Origin: Mobula hypostoma
Lineage: Eukaryota
Direction of reading: 5' to 3'
DNA length: 64,000 bases
Assembly (NCBI RefSeq): GCF_963921235.1
Contig: NC_086097.1
Coordinates: 235,044,001-235,108,000, forward strand
Shown piece after piece: positions 37,320 to 51,199 of this stretch. Under the pieces are notes generated by a model. The model had not been told where the DNA came from and ran no database searches. It was given only the letters and a program-made list of their open reading frames with translations. The position numbers were made by a program, and so were the translations under genes. Numbering within the stretch: position 1 is the stretch's first letter; each line of letters starts with the position of its first letter.

Positions 37320-38892
37320 TGCATAGTAGGAATAAAAGAGGCCTTTTCTGGTTGGCTGCCAGTGACTAGTGTTGTTCCTCAGGGGTCAATATTGGGACCA
37401 CTGTTTTTTACATTGTTTGTCAATGATTTGGTTAATGGAATTGATGGCTTTGTGGCAAAGTTTATGGATGATACAAAGATAGGTGGAGGGGTAGGTAGTG
37501 CTGATGAAGCAACGCGATTGCAGCAGAAATTGGAAAACTGGGCAAATAGGTTGCAAATGGAATACAATGCCGGGAAATGTATAATAATGCATTTTGGTAA
37601 AAATTACAATAGTGCGGACTATTATTTAAATGGGAAGAAGGTTCAAACATCAGAGGTGCAGAGGGACTTACTTAAGAGTCCTCATGCAAGACTCCCAGAA
37701 GGTTAATTTACAGGTTGAGTCTGTGGTAAAGAAGGCAAATGCAATGTTGCCATTTATTTCAAGGGAAATAGAACATAAAACCAAGGAGAAGATGCTGAGC
37801 ACTTGTCTTTAAGAGGCATGAGTCAGGCCACACTTGGAGTATTGTTAACAGTTTTGAGCTCCATATCTCAGAAAGGATGTCATTGGAGAGCATCTAGAGA
37901 ATGATTCCGGGAATAAAGGGTCAACATATGAGGAGCGTTTGGCAGCTTTGAGCCTGTACTCACTAGAATTTAGAAGTTTGGTGGTGGGCGGGAGGTGTTC
38001 TCATTGAAACTTACCAAAAGTTAAAAGAACTAGATAGGGTTGATGTGGAAAGGATGTTTCCAACGACTGTGGTATCCAGAACTGGAGGACGCAGTGTCAT
38101 AATTGAGGGGCCACCATTTAGAACAGTGATAAGGAGGAATGTTTTTTCATCCAGAGGGTAGTGAATCTGTGGAATGCTCTGTCACAGACTGTAGTGCAGG
38201 CCTATTCCGTGATTATACTTAAGGCAGAAGTTGATCATTTCGTGATCAGTCAGGACATCAAGGACGTGGCAAGAAGGCAGGTGTATAGGGTTGAGTGGGA
38301 TCCAGGTTCAGTCATGATGGAATGGTGGAGCAGAATAGCTTAGTTCTGCTCCTTTATCTGTGGTCTTATGATCTTATGGGCCAGGATATAAAAGGATCTA
38401 ATGTTAAGTCTTTATAAGGCTCTGGTGAGGCCTCACTTGGAGTACTTTGTGCAGTTTTGGGCCCCTTATCTAAGAAAGGATGTACTGATATTGCAGTGGT
38501 TTCAAAAGATGTTCACAAAATGATTTATCGAATATTGAAGGGCCTCAACAGAATGGATGTGGAGAGGATGTTTCCTGAGGTGGGGAAGTCTTGGACCAGA
38601 GGACACAGCCTCAGAATAGAGGGGCATCCATTCAGGACAGTGATGAGGAGGAATTTCTTTATCCTGGGAGTGGTAAATCTGTGGAATTCCATTCATTGCC
38701 ACAGACAGCTGTGGAGGACGTCACTGGGGATATTTAAGGCAGAAGTTGTTAGATTCTTGATTAGTCAGGGCATGAAGAGGTTTGGGAAGATCGTTTGGGG
38801 CTGAGAAGGAAAATGTATCAGCCATGATGAAATGGTAGAGTAGACTTGATGGGCCAAATGGCCAAATTCAGCTCCTATATCTTATGGTCTAA
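37320..38892 (+). mobile_element. Two tandem decayed CR1 3' portions
   Basis: ORF 37302..37706 (PQGSILGP, MDDTKIGG). CTTATG-type tails at ~38375 and ~38890. Confidence 0.82.
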
Positions 38893-40227
38893 AATAATTT
38901 TGGTTTGTCAGTAAAGTCAAGCTTGGGATGAGAGATTCTAGATATTGTTTAGTTATAAACGTCGAAGCAAGAGCTATCATTAGACAGTTACACTAAACAA
39001 ATAAAACATTCAGTTTACAGATAAAAAGAGAGGTGACAGTGTTCAAATACTTGTTCAAATATTCGTGAAGCTGAACCAGCTTTTACAGCTCAAAGCATAG
39101 AGGGTGAAACTTTTTTACCGTATTTGCTTCTAAGTCAATACAAGGCAAATTGACTGAATGCTACTGGATATATCCTTCAGTTTGGGCACAGGGTTGCCAA
39201 TCGATCTCTAACCGCAGAGATATCCTGTGAAGCATTGCTCGCTATGGGAACTGGATTAGTTCAGTTAAGTTCTCACAGTTATTTTCTGTTCATTAGCAAA
39301 TAAATCCAATGGCCTTAACCTGGCAGCCTTGTGAGCAAAATTGTGGGCAATTTCATCCAAGCTAGGTTTAAAATAACATCGCTGTGATTAAATACTTTCA
39401 GCGTGAAGCAAGTAGACACCAATTATCTTGCAATTCCCTGGAAGATGGGGATTGGGATGAGGGTTTATTGAATTTACAACAGTTCCTGGTGGAAATGGTG
39501 AAAATACTGGTTTTAAGTTCTTTCTTGATGCATGACCAACTTCAGAATGGAATTATGCATAACAAGACGACAAGGAATTTACATTTCTGGACAACAGGAC
39601 GTAATTTTCGCACAGATCTTTATATTCATTGGCTACAAACAGTACAACAATATTAAAAAGGAAAAATTGATTTGACAGATTTAATTTTGGTTTGAGAACA
39701 TGTCCCTAATTTATTTCTACTAAAATTCAATACTTTTGTTTTGAAAGAAAAGAAGGATTAGCTTTATTTGTTACATACAATGAAATACATTGATTGCTCC
39801 AAGTCTAATCCGCGTGGATTGTGCTGGGCAGTCTGCGAGTGTCAAAACACTTCCAGTGCCAACGTAACATGCCCAAAATTCACTAATCCGAACCGTGTGC
39901 CTTTAGAATGCGGGAGCAAACCAGAGCACCTGGAGGAACCCCACATGGTCACTGAAAGGATGTACAAATTCCGTACAAACAGCAACAAGAATCAAACCTC
40001 GATCTTACAACTGGTTGCTGTAAAGCGTTACACTAACTGGTGTTACCGTGTCACACTTGATGTGTAATGAGCCTCACATTATCCTTAATATCACCATTGT
40101 ATGCATGGATTTCTGTTGTGTAGATTCATATTACTATATAATAAGTGCAGGAAGGTTGCAAGTTATGAATTTAGTTTAAATTAGGGTTTGGCACAATAAT
40201 AATATTTATTGGATCAAAATCATCCTT

Positions 40228-40755
40228 AAGACCATAAGACCAAAGGAACAGAATTAGGCTATTCAGCCATTAAAACTGCTATGCCATTTCATTATGGCTG
40301 ATTTATTATGCCTCTCAACCCCATTCTCCTCCTTCACCCCATAACCTTTGACACCATTACTAATCAAAAATCTATCAACCTCCGCTTTAAGTATACCTAA
40401 TGCCTTCACTGTCACCTGTGGCAATGAATTCCACAGACTCATCACCGTCTGGCTGAAGAAATTCATCCACATGTTCATTCTAAATGGAAATCCCTCGATT
40501 CATAGGCTGTGCCCTCTGGTACTAGACTCTCCTACCATAGGAAATATCCTTTCTACATTCACTCTGTCTAGGTCATTCATTACTTGATAGGTTTCAATGA
40601 CATCCACCCTTATTCTTCTAAATTCCAGCTGCAACAGGCCCAGAGCCATCAAATGCTTTTCAAACATTGCCCTTTCATTCCAGGATTGCTCTGATAAACC
40701 TCCCCTGGACCCCCTCCAACGCCAGCACATCCTTTCTTAGATAAGAGGCCCTAAT
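40228..40755 (-). mobile_element. CR1 3' portion
   Basis: ORFs 40263..40478 and 40500..40730 plus tail repeat. Confidence 0.82.
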
Positions 40756-41014
40756 ACAAGAGATTCATATTAGTCTACTGCTCAATTGAACTGAATCCCA
40801 TTCTATGTAACATTGAATAGGACTACATAAGAGGTGCAGCCTCCGGTTACATCTTACATTTCCAGTCACCTGGAAGGGGTGGAGCCAAGACAGAAGGCAA
40901 AGGAGAACTGGAGCTTCTTCGAAACCAGAACTTAATTGTTCATGGGAGAGCTAGTTATCGTGATGAAAGCATGCATGTTAATCACTTGCTCGTGAAACAG
41001 GACTTCGTATTTAA

Positions 41015-41410
41015 TGCAACACATACAAACAGCTGGAGGAACTCAGCAGGTCAGACAGCATCTATGGAAATGCATAAACAATCAATCTTTCATGCCAAGA
41101 TCCTTCATCAGGATGGGAAAGGAAGGGGGAAGATACTAGAATAAAAAGGTGACCGGAGGGGCAGGAGAATAGCTAGAAGGTGAAAGGTGAAGCTAGGTGG
41201 GTAGGAAAGGCTGCACAGAAAGGACTCTGATGAGAGAGGAGAGTGGACTGTAGGAGAAATCAAAAGAGGGAAGGACACAGGGACTGGTGATAGGCAGGTG
41301 AGAAGAGTTAAGCGGCCAGAGTGGGGAGTAGAAGAAAAGGGGGGAGTAGAAGAAAAGGGGAGAGAAGGGAAATTTTTTTTGTCAGTAGGAGAAATCGATA
41401 TTTATGCCAA
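41015..41410 (-). mobile_element. Penelope-like element 3' region
   Basis: The minus strand has a GINIDF-like GIY-YIG end at ~41405, a pyrimidine-rich UTR and CTGATGA...GAAA at ~41110-41085. Related pieces at ~41530-41665 and ~50998-51155. Confidence 0.7.
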
Positions 41411-41719
41411 TTTCTATTTAAGGTCTGGACCTGAGTTATGCCTTTGTGTCCTAATGAACACAAAGTTCTTCTTGTTTTATTAATGGTGTCTTGAAAAGTA
41501 GGGCAATGGAACCAGAGACGTACATTAATACAGGGGATTCTGCAGAAGCTGAAGATCTTGAACAGCACAGACAAAATGCTAGAGGAACTCAGCAAATCAC
41601 CCAGCATTATGGAAGGGAATAAACAGCTGATGTTTCAGGTCAAGAGTCTTCTTCGGCACTGAAAAGCAAGGGATGTTACTCTCTGGGGTACTCTTTCTCA
41701 ATTTAGTTGAAATGAAATT

Positions 41720-42150
41720 AACCATATAACCATATAACAATTACAGCACGGAAACAGGCCATCTTGGCCCTTCTCGTCCATTCTGAACTCTTACTCTCAC
41801 CTAGTCCCACCGACTCGTGCTCAGCCCATAACCCTCCATTCCTTTCCTGTCCATAAAGCTGTCCAATTTAACTTTAAGTGACAACATCAAACCTGCCTCA
41901 ACCACTTCTGCTGGAAGCTCGTTCCACACAGCCACCACTCTCTGAGTAAAGAAGTTCCCCCTCATGTTATCCCTAAACTTTTGCCTTTTAACTCTCAACT
42001 CATGTCCTCTTGTTTGAATCTCCCCCACTCTCAATGGAAAAAGCCTATCCATGTTAACTCTATCAATCCCCCTCATAATTTTAAATACCTCTATCAAGTC
42101 CCACCTCAACCTTCTACGCTCCAAAGAATAAAGACCCAACTTGTTCAACC
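41720..42150 (-). mobile_element. CR1 3' portion
   Basis: Open ORF 41801..42148 and a (TATATGGT)n tail. Confidence 0.88.
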
Positions 42151-42864
42151 TTTGAAATTGACATTAAACTGTTCAGCACAGACTATAAAACAATTCAAAC
42201 TTGTGAAATGAATTCTTGTTGCTCAAACATTCTTAAGACTGGTGGTTAGAGTGTCTGAAGGATTCTTTGGTGTTGGTAGAAATATTAATATTTGGACTAA
42301 GGGAATATCCTTTTGAATACAGCCTATCATAAACATAAACTTCATCTGGTGCAGTGATGTATCAAGGTTATTCCATGTGGTGCACTCAGTTTTTAAAGGC
42401 ACACTTACACTTACACTTACACTTACACTTATATACAGTACAGTTGCCAATGCAAGGAAAATCTGTTCAAAATGTTGTAAACTCCATGCTCTGGATATAG
42501 TTATCACCACATCTAAGCCTGCCCATGAATCTTGCCTCCTGTTGCATATCTGTCACATTAATAAATGCTTTCAGACAACTCAAGAAATTCTTTAATGAGA
42601 GGATTAAAGATTAAGGATTAGCTTTGTTTGTCACAAGTACATTGAAACTTTGAAACGTACAGTGAAACACGTCAGTGACCAACACAGCCCAACGATGTGC
42701 TGAGGGCAGTCTGTAAGTGTTGCCGCACTTTCGACACCAACATAGCATGCCCACAACCAAACCTGTACCAGTGATAACATCCTTACAGACAGCAGCAGGA
42801 AATGAACTTTGATCTTTCGATCACTGTCACTGTATATCATTATGCCAACTACTACACTACCAAT

Positions 42865-43130
42865 GTGGCAGGGTGGGCATACACCTCTACCAAAGGAGGT
42901 GTAATGCCCTACTTCCCTCCATTAGCTTGCAGACCACCCTTGGACAAAGTGTAGCACCTGCTTAGCCCCACTATCAGGGTCAGGTGAAGCCATGGGACCA
43001 GATGGTGGATGGTCATATGAGCAGCTGGTACAGATCACGTCCTGGTTAGGAGACCACTGACACCATCTCTGAAGAGTTGATAATGGTTGGAGTCACTTGT
43101 CTTCTAAAGACACTGCCCAGAAGGCAGTGA
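42865..43130 (+). mobile_element. RTE-type 5' fragment with decayed HDV-like fold
   Basis: AGGGTGG (42870-42876) pairs with CCACCCT (42934-42940), followed by TGG. Internal hairpin TACACCTC/GAGGTGTA. Confidence 0.5.
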
Positions 43131-43729
43131 GCTTTGGAGGCATCTGAGTGTACTTATTACCCAAAGGATGGATCGAATCCATTGCCTCCACCTGAAGGTG
43201 GAGGAAGGGTCTCTCACATTCAAGAATTATCTAGACAAGCACTTGGGTCAGCAGGCTTTCGAAGGCTATTTCATTTGATTTACTTTGATTTCCAGCACTA
43301 GCAGATTTTCTCTTGTTTAAGAGGCTATTAACCAATGCTGGTAAATGGAATTAAGATAGATACATACTTGCTTGTCAGCATCATGCTAAGCCAGGAGGCT
43401 TGTTTCTGTGTTGTATGACTCTGTGACTCTGCAAACTACTTTCAGATCCCAGTGCCTTTTGGATTCTTCATCTTCATCAACAACCCATTGGATTTAATCA
43501 AGTGAGATTAAACTGGAGATGACAGTCGAAAAGCAAGAAGGAATGAAATACCTTCTAGCAGAAATAACTAAAGTTAATTATTTAGGAAAGGGCAGTGTGT
43601 ACTTTGAAGGACAAATCAATAACTACAGTATAAGAAACTTATCACATATTTGCTCTTTCACTTCAATTCTAGATAAACATCAAGCTGTCCACAGTTGCAA
43701 ATAATTGTGCTTTGTCCAGAAAGCAAATA

Positions 43730-44430
43730 ATGTTCAATTTCATGTTTATTTTCATCTAACTGTACATACAACCAAATGAAACGACGCTCTTTCAGACCAC
43801 GGTTCACCCACAATACATATATCACACAGCACATAAAACAAAATAGTACCAAAAATAAGTTACTAAAATGTAATTCAAGTAGTATATAGTGCACAACACA
43901 GGTAAACAGTAAACAGCTCACTGGACTAGTGATGAGACCTTGGCAATGGCTGGGTATTCATTAGTCTCACAGCCTGTTACCAGTCTGGCAGTCTTAGTCT
44001 TGATGGTCCTGTACCTCCTTCTTGATGGTAGTGGGTGAAAGAGAATGTGGGATGGGTGGTCACGATCCTCAACAATGCCTTTCTGTATGCTGCCACACCA
44101 CATCCCTCACATACACAAGGAGTAAAAATCTTCGTGTTAGGTCTCTGTCCAAATGTGCAACGTGCAATCATAGTGAGTTATAATAATTTATAATAAATAG
44201 GACAGTCAATGCAACATAGCAATACAGTCAAATCAGCATGAGTTAATCAGTCTGATGGCCTGGTGGAAGAAGCTGTCCCGGAGCCTGTTGGTCCTGGCTT
44301 TTATGCTGCGGTACAATTTCCTGGATGGTAGCAGCTGGAATAGATTGTGGTTGGGGTGACTCGGATCCCCAGTGATCCTACAGGCCCTTTTTTCATCCGT
44401 GTCTTTGTAAATGTCCTGAATCATGAGAAG
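43730..44430 (-). mobile_element. Two Rex1-type 3' fragments
   Basis: HPSHILFHPLPSRRRYR and PSHPNHNLFQLLPS...RLRDSFF motifs. Confidence 0.75.
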
Positions 44431-44914
44431 TCCTGAACCATATGAACTTTTTAATGAGGCAGTAATATAGTTATGACTGCTCAGGTAATTGAACGTCAAA
44501 CATAGAATATTGAACACTACAGCACACTACAGGTCCTTTGGCGTACACAGTTGTGCTGATTTTTAAGCTAGTCTAAGATCAATCTAATCCATGCCTTCTA
44601 TCTAGTCCTCCATTTTTCTGTCATCCATGTACATATCCAAGAGTTTCTTAAATGTTCCCAATGTATCTGCCTCTACCACCATCCCTGGTAAGGGATTGCA
44701 AAAACCCACTGCTTCCTATGTAAAAAAAAACTTACCTCTGCTATTGTCCCCGTACTTCCCTCTAACCACCTTAAAATTATGCCCCCCTTAAGTCCAATGA
44801 ACTTTGATGGATCATGGTAGAAAGGATGTTTGGGAAAGAACTGTAGTGTTTTGAGCAAGACCTTACACAATAAATCTAGTTGTATGTAATACATACCTTG
44901 TTATCAATATCATT

Positions 44915-45173
44915 GGCCGGCTGGTGGCGCAGTGGCATCAGCGCCGAACTTCGGAACGAAGGCTCCCGAGTTCGAATCCAAGTCAGGCCACACTCCGAGC
45001 ATGCTTTCCACCCGCGCCAAGTTGAAAGTTAAGCTAGCCACTCGGCCTCGTAAAAAACAAGGGTCGAATCAGGAACATTCATATAGTGACCCGGCTTATC
45101 CGAAAGGAGACCAATCCTGACACTACGTGCCAGACAAGAATGGCTGACTGTCTGGTGAGATACGCTGGGAAGG
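44915..45173 (+). mobile_element. tRNA-derived SINE, full length
   Basis: A box TGGCGCAGTGG, B box GAGTTCGAATCC. TSD ATCAATATCATT (44903-44914) / ATCAATATTATT (45174-45185). Confidence 0.88.
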
Positions 45174-45959
45174 ATCAATATTATTATGATCAAATTGCCA
45201 AGAACTGCATTTTCTTCTTTTTGTTATTGCTCGGTCTCTATGCTGGGATTCACTGGCACCACTAACAACATGCAGGTTGGAAACAAAGGCAGGGAAGATG
45301 CTACTATCTTCTCTACTCCACTAGGGTTGGACAATAAACAGTCTAGTCAACATCTAAGAAAAGAGTCAACGCATAGAACATACATAGAACATAAAACATT
45401 ACAGCACGATACAGGCCCTTTGGCCCATGTTGTTCTGTCAACCTTTTAACCTACTTTAAAATCAAGCTAACCCTTCCCTCCTGTGTAATTGTCCAACCAC
45501 GTATGCTACATAGTAATAGCATAGAAGAGCTATTGAAATATGAAGTTCACACCCATGTTTGCAACTCAAGTAATGGATCACTACGTTTCAGAATTTTGTA
45601 TTTTTTTTAAGAGCTGATATGAAATAATATTGGCTAAGTTTCTCCTATGTGCCAACATTCCTGGGAAGCACTGTTATCGGCTTAATGCACACAAATTGTC
45701 TTTTACTACTAATGAGAATCATGTGAACTTACTGAAGCCTGCATTAAGGAAACTCCATCCACTGCAATCCAAAACAATTTGAGCTGGCCATAACTCAGAT
45801 GTAATCATGAGTCAGTCTTCATTATGCACATAAGATTCAAGCTTCAAGATACTTTCATGTCATATCCTCTACGCAAGTGTAAGGAGAACAAAATAAATCG
45901 TTACTCTGGATCTAATGCAACACAAAAAACACAAACAATATAGAACACAATAATAATAA

Positions 45960-48900
45960 GATCATAAGACCATGAGACATAGGAGAAGAATGAGACTCAT
46001 TTGGCCCATCAGGTCTGTTCAGCCATTCAATCTTGGATGATTCTCTTTTTTTGCCCTCCACAGCTCCACTCCCTGGCCTTCTCCTCAGAACTTTTGATGC
46101 CATGGCCAGTTAAGAACCTGTCAGTCTCCACCTTAAATACACCCAATGGCCTAGCCTCCACAGGTACCTGGGGAAAAAAAAAATCCACATATTCACCACC
46201 TTCTGGCTAAAGAAATGTATCTCTAATAACTGTTTCAAATGGGACACCCCACTATCTTGACGTTGTGCCCTCTTTTCCTAGATTATTCCGCCATGGGAAA
46301 CATCTTTTCCACATATATTCTGTCTAGGCCTTTCAACACTTGAAATGTTTCAATGAGATCCTCTCCTAATCCTTCTAAATTCTAGCGAGTACTGCCCCAA
46401 AGCCATTAAATGTTCCGCATATGACAACACCTTCATTCCTGGAATCATCCTTGTGAATCTCCTCTGAAACCTTTCCAATGCCAGCACATCTTTTCTGAAA
46501 TAGGAAGCCCAAAACTTTCACAATACTCAAGGTGAGGCCTTACCAGTGCATTATAAAACCTCAGCATCACATCCCTGCTCTTGTATTTTAGACCTCTTGA
46601 AATGAATGCTAATATTGCATTTGCGTTCCTCACCACTGATTTAGCCTGCAAGTTAACCTTTAGGGTGTTCTTCACAAGGACTCCCAAGTCCCTTTGCATC
46701 TCAAATTTTTAGATATTCTTGCCATTTAGAAAATAATCTACACATTTACTTCTTCTACCAAAGTTCATGTCCATGCATTTTCCAACATTGTATTTCATTT
46801 GCCACTTCCTTGCCCATTCTCTGAATTTGTCTGAAGTCCATCTGCAGGCATACTGTTTCCTCAACACTACCTGCCCCTCCACCAACCTTTGGATTATCTG
46901 AATACTTGGCAACAAGCCCATCGATCCCACCATCTAAATCATTGATATACAGCATAAAAAGAAATGGTTGAAGTATGGACCCCTGCAGAACACCACTAGC
47001 CACTAACAGCCAACAGAAAAAGATTATTTTATTCCCATTTGTTGCCTCCTACCAATGAGCCAATGTTCTAACCATGCCATGGGCTCTTAAATTGGTAAGC
47101 AGCCTCATGTGTGGCACCTTGTCAAAGACCTTCAGAAAATCCAGATATACAGCATCACTGCATCCCCTTTATCTATCCTACTTGCAATCTCCTCAAAGAA
47201 TTCCAACAGGTTCATCAGGCAATATTTTCCCTTAAGGAAACCATCTTGACTTGGTCCTATCTTATCCTGTATCACCAAGTACTCCATAACCTCATCCTTA
47301 GCAATTGACTTCAACATCTTCCCAACCACTGAAGTCAGCCTAACTGCTCTATAAATTCCCTTCTTTTGCCTCCATGCTCTCTTAAAGAGTGGAGCGACAT
47401 TTGCAATTTTTCAGTCTTCAGGAACCATGCCAGAGTTCAGTGATTCTTGAAAGATCAATACTAACACCTTCACAATCTCTACCATTATCTCTTTTAGAAC
47501 CATAGGCGCAGTTCATCTAGTCCAGGTGACTTGTGCACTTTTAAGTCTTTCAGCTTTTTGAGGACCTTCTCCCTTGTAACAGTAACTTCACTCACTTCTC
47601 TTCCTTCACATACTACAACATCTGGCACACTGCTAGTGTCCTCCACAGTGAAGACTAATGCAAAATGCTCATTTATCTCATCTGCCATCTCCTTGTCCCC
47701 ATTCTTATTTTGGCTTTGTTGCATGCCATCTATTTTGCTTTTACATTAGCTATGACTCCCCTTGTCAGCCACAGTTGTACTATTTTGCCATTTGAGTTTT
47801 TCTTTGTTTTTGGAATACATCTTCCTCATTTTTCCCAGGAAATTCTGCCATTGCTGCTCTGCTGTCATCCCTGGCAGCACCTCCTTCCAATTTACTTTGG
47901 CCAACTCCTCTCTCTCTCATACCACTGTAATTTCCTTTACTCAGCTGAAATACTGCTACACCAGACTTTACTGTCTCCCTATCAAATTTCAAGTTGAACT
48001 CAATCATATGTGATCATTGTCTCCTATGGGTTCACTTTACCTTAAGCTCCCTAAACGCTCAGATCATGACATAACACCCAATCCAGTATAGCTGATCCAG
48101 TTGTTGGCTCAACGACAAGCTGCTTTCTTAAGGTCCATTACTAACTTGATTTTCACAATCTACCCGCATGTTGCAGTCTCCCTAACTATTATAACATTGC
48201 CCTTTTGACACGCCTTTTCTTTTTCCTGTTGTAACCTTTGGTCCACATCCAAGCTCCTGTTGGGAAGCCTGTATATAACGGCCATCGGGGTCCTTTTATC
48301 CTTGGAGTTTCTTAAATCAGCCCACAAGGATGATGATTTCTAATGATTTGTTGAGCCACCTATCCCCCTTTGCCTAGCTTCCTATCTCTCTGAAACAATG
48401 TGTAACTTTGGACAATTCAGTGGTGGCCACAGCATCATAGCCGACAATCTGTAAAAGTGCAACAAGATCATCCACTTTATTTCTTATACTGGTACTCTGT
48501 GTATTGATATATTACACTTTGAGTAGTGTATTTGCTACCCTTTTTGATTCTGCATCCTTAATGCACTGATACCCTGTAGGCTTCAGTAATGTCCTATTGT
48601 CTGTCTGCCCTTCCTGAAAGTCTGACTGTACCTTATCTTTGTTTTTCCCTAACCATCTGTCCTATCATGAATCCCTTCACTCCAGTTCCCATACCCCTGC
48701 CAAATCAGCTTAAACCCCCTCCAACAACTCAAAAAAACCTGCCTGTGAGAATATTGGTCACCATAGTTTAGCTGCAATCCTTCCCTTTTGTATAGGTCAT
48801 ACCTCCCTGAGAAAAGATCCAAACAATCCAAGAACCTGAAACCCTCCCCCTGCACCAGCTTCTCAACCATTTATCTGCCAAATCATCCTGTTTCTACTTT

Positions 48901-49860
48901 CACTGGCATATGGCACAGGTTGCATTCTAGAAATTGCTACCATGGAGGTCTTGCTTTCTGCCCAGCTCTCTAAATTCTCTCTTCAGGACTTCATTGCTTT
49001 TTCTCCCTATATCATTGATACCAATATGTACTAAGACATCTGGAATCCGTGACAATCCGTGACATCCTTGAGCCAAGCACCTGGGTGGCAACATACCACC
49101 TGGGTGTCCTGTTCACGTACACATAGTCCCTCTATCATTTCCCTCTTCTCCTTCTTTTCTTTCTGCTCCACAGACCCATGCTCAGTGCCAGTAACCAGGT
49201 CTTCGTGGCATTTCCCAGAGAGGTCATCCCCCACAACAGCATCCAAAACGGTATATTTATTATTGAGGCGAATAGTCACAGGGGTACTCTGTGCTAACTA
49301 CCTATTCACCCTCCCATTCCTTCTTATGACAGTCACCAGGCTACCAGCCTCCTGCAAAGTAGGTTGACTACTTCCTTGTAACTCCAATCGATGATCTCTT
49401 CACTCTCCCATACAAACAGAAAATCATCCAGCAGCTGTTCCAGATTCTGAGCACGATCTTCAAGGAGCCACAGCTGATGCACTTCACGCCGATGTAGTTC
49501 CCCGTGAGACTCCGGGTAGTTCCCAGGACTCCAATATCCAGCATGAAGAACATTCAATGGTCATTTAATCTACACTATATATCCCTGACACAGTAAGAAA
49601 TAGGGAAAACCTAAACAGAAACTTACTTGGACAACTTATCCAGAGCCAATGCCTCTTCCGAGCCGAAACCACCTTTGAGCCAAAGCCTGACAATCCCACT
49701 CTCAGCACTGGCCACTCCCAACAATGGCCACTCTAAGAGTGGCCTCTCTGCTTGTCCTTTCTCTACTTTTATTTAGTCCTCTCTGCGTTGCTCCACCCAC
49801 TGATTGGGCACCGGAATGACACCGAATGCACATGAAGCTCTCTTTTCAAACAAGCACCAG
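45960..49860 (-). mobile_element. Near-full-length decayed CR1 (ORF1 + ORF2; possibly composite)
   Basis: ORF1 remnants at 49333..49557, 49031..49279 and 48649..48870. EN/RT remnants at 48560-46400. Tail at ~45960. Confidence 0.85.
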
Positions 49861-50103
49861 CGACCTTCAAGAAACCTCCCACCATTGATTGAGCTGCCAG
49901 TATAGTAATAAGAATACAATAAATAAATACATTAGATACCTTATGTACATAGATTGACTGTATGTCCATAAAGTGATGCTTGGCTCAACATAAGTTATGT
50001 GCAGGGAAATAATTAAGAAGTGGTGATATTAGTGGGTGGGGTTGTTGGTTAGCCCTACTGCTCCGAGAAAGTAACTGTTTTTGAGCCTGGTAGTCCTGGT
50101 ACA

Positions 50104-50308
50104 GGGCCGGCTGGTGGTGGTGTGGTATCAGCACTGGACTTCAAGGCAGATGGTCCTGAGTTCAAATCCAATCGGATCCCAACCTGGGCAGGAGCAGTAC
50201 CTGTGTGAAAGAAAGGCCTCGCAATCTATTTCCATATCTTGCCATGAAGACCATATGAACTCTATGTTTGGACGAGGAGCCGGACTTGACTAAGCAACTG
50301 AACAACGA
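50104..50308 (+). mobile_element. tRNA-derived SINE with RTE-like tail
   Basis: Same GGCCGGCTGGTGG head as 44915, B box GAGTTCAAATCC, TSD AGTCCTGGTA (50092-50101 and 50309-50318). Confidence 0.8.
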
Positions 50309-50423
50309 AGTCCTGGTATGAATGCAGTGTAGCCCGATGGGAGTGGGACAAACAGTCCATGAGCACGGTGTGTGGGATACTTCATGTTACTGGTCCTTTC
50401 CCAGCACCTTTCTGTATAAAGAG

Positions 50424-50993
50424 TGTAACGCACTGTAAGGTTTCACTGCTAATGTAATGGCTTCTCTGTAATGTTCACTGCTGAGGTAATGGTTTCTCTG
50501 TAGCAGCAATGTTTCGGTGATGGCTGGAGATAACAGGGTGCATGTTGGCCAATAAGAGATTATTGCCGTGTCTTCTGAGTCTGGAAAGATATGTTTTTTC
50601 GCGGTCTTTTGTCGAAGAGAGATGAAGAGGGAAGACGCAGGTGGAGGGAGCTGATAGACCACCAGATTGAGTGGACTGGGATCTGAGGGTCTGAAGGTCG
50701 GCGATGCTTGGAGGAGACCGATGGTGGAAGAATGACTACTGAGTGAGCTCCAACGTGACTTTGACTTGACTTGGGCCCTTTTTATATTTTCATTACTAAC
50801 CCTATATTCAGATTAAGATTCATAAAGTTCAATTATTTAACTGCATATAGTGTACTGTCTGATATTTTGCGTTGTGGGTTTGTAACTGGGGGTACATTAC
50901 ACAGCATACACACAAATGTGATTTCTCAGTTTGGCGGGGCCAAAGGCTGTTTCCCCCTAGAAGAACACGAACTGGGCGAGCCTGCGGGTTACA
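50424..50993. mobile_element. Solo LTR (570 bp)
   Basis: TGTAAC...GTTACA termini and a 4-bp TSD AGAG (50420-50423 and 50994-50997). Confidence 0.9.
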
Positions 50994-51199
50994 AGAGCAA
51001 CACACACAAAATCTCTGGAGGAACTCAGCAGGTCAGGCAGCATCTTTGGAAATGAAGAAACAGTTGATGGTTCGGTGCAAAGAAGGGTCTAAGCCTGAAA
51101 TATCAACTGTTAATTAATTTCCATAGATGCTGCCTTACCTACTGATTTGTTTCTCTGAATTTCTAGTACCTCCCAAAGATGAAGAAATATTCTGAAGTG

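Noticed and set aside
44915..44985. tRNA-like A and B boxes
   Set aside because: SINE head with TSD and non-tRNA body. No proper acceptor stem or T-run terminator.
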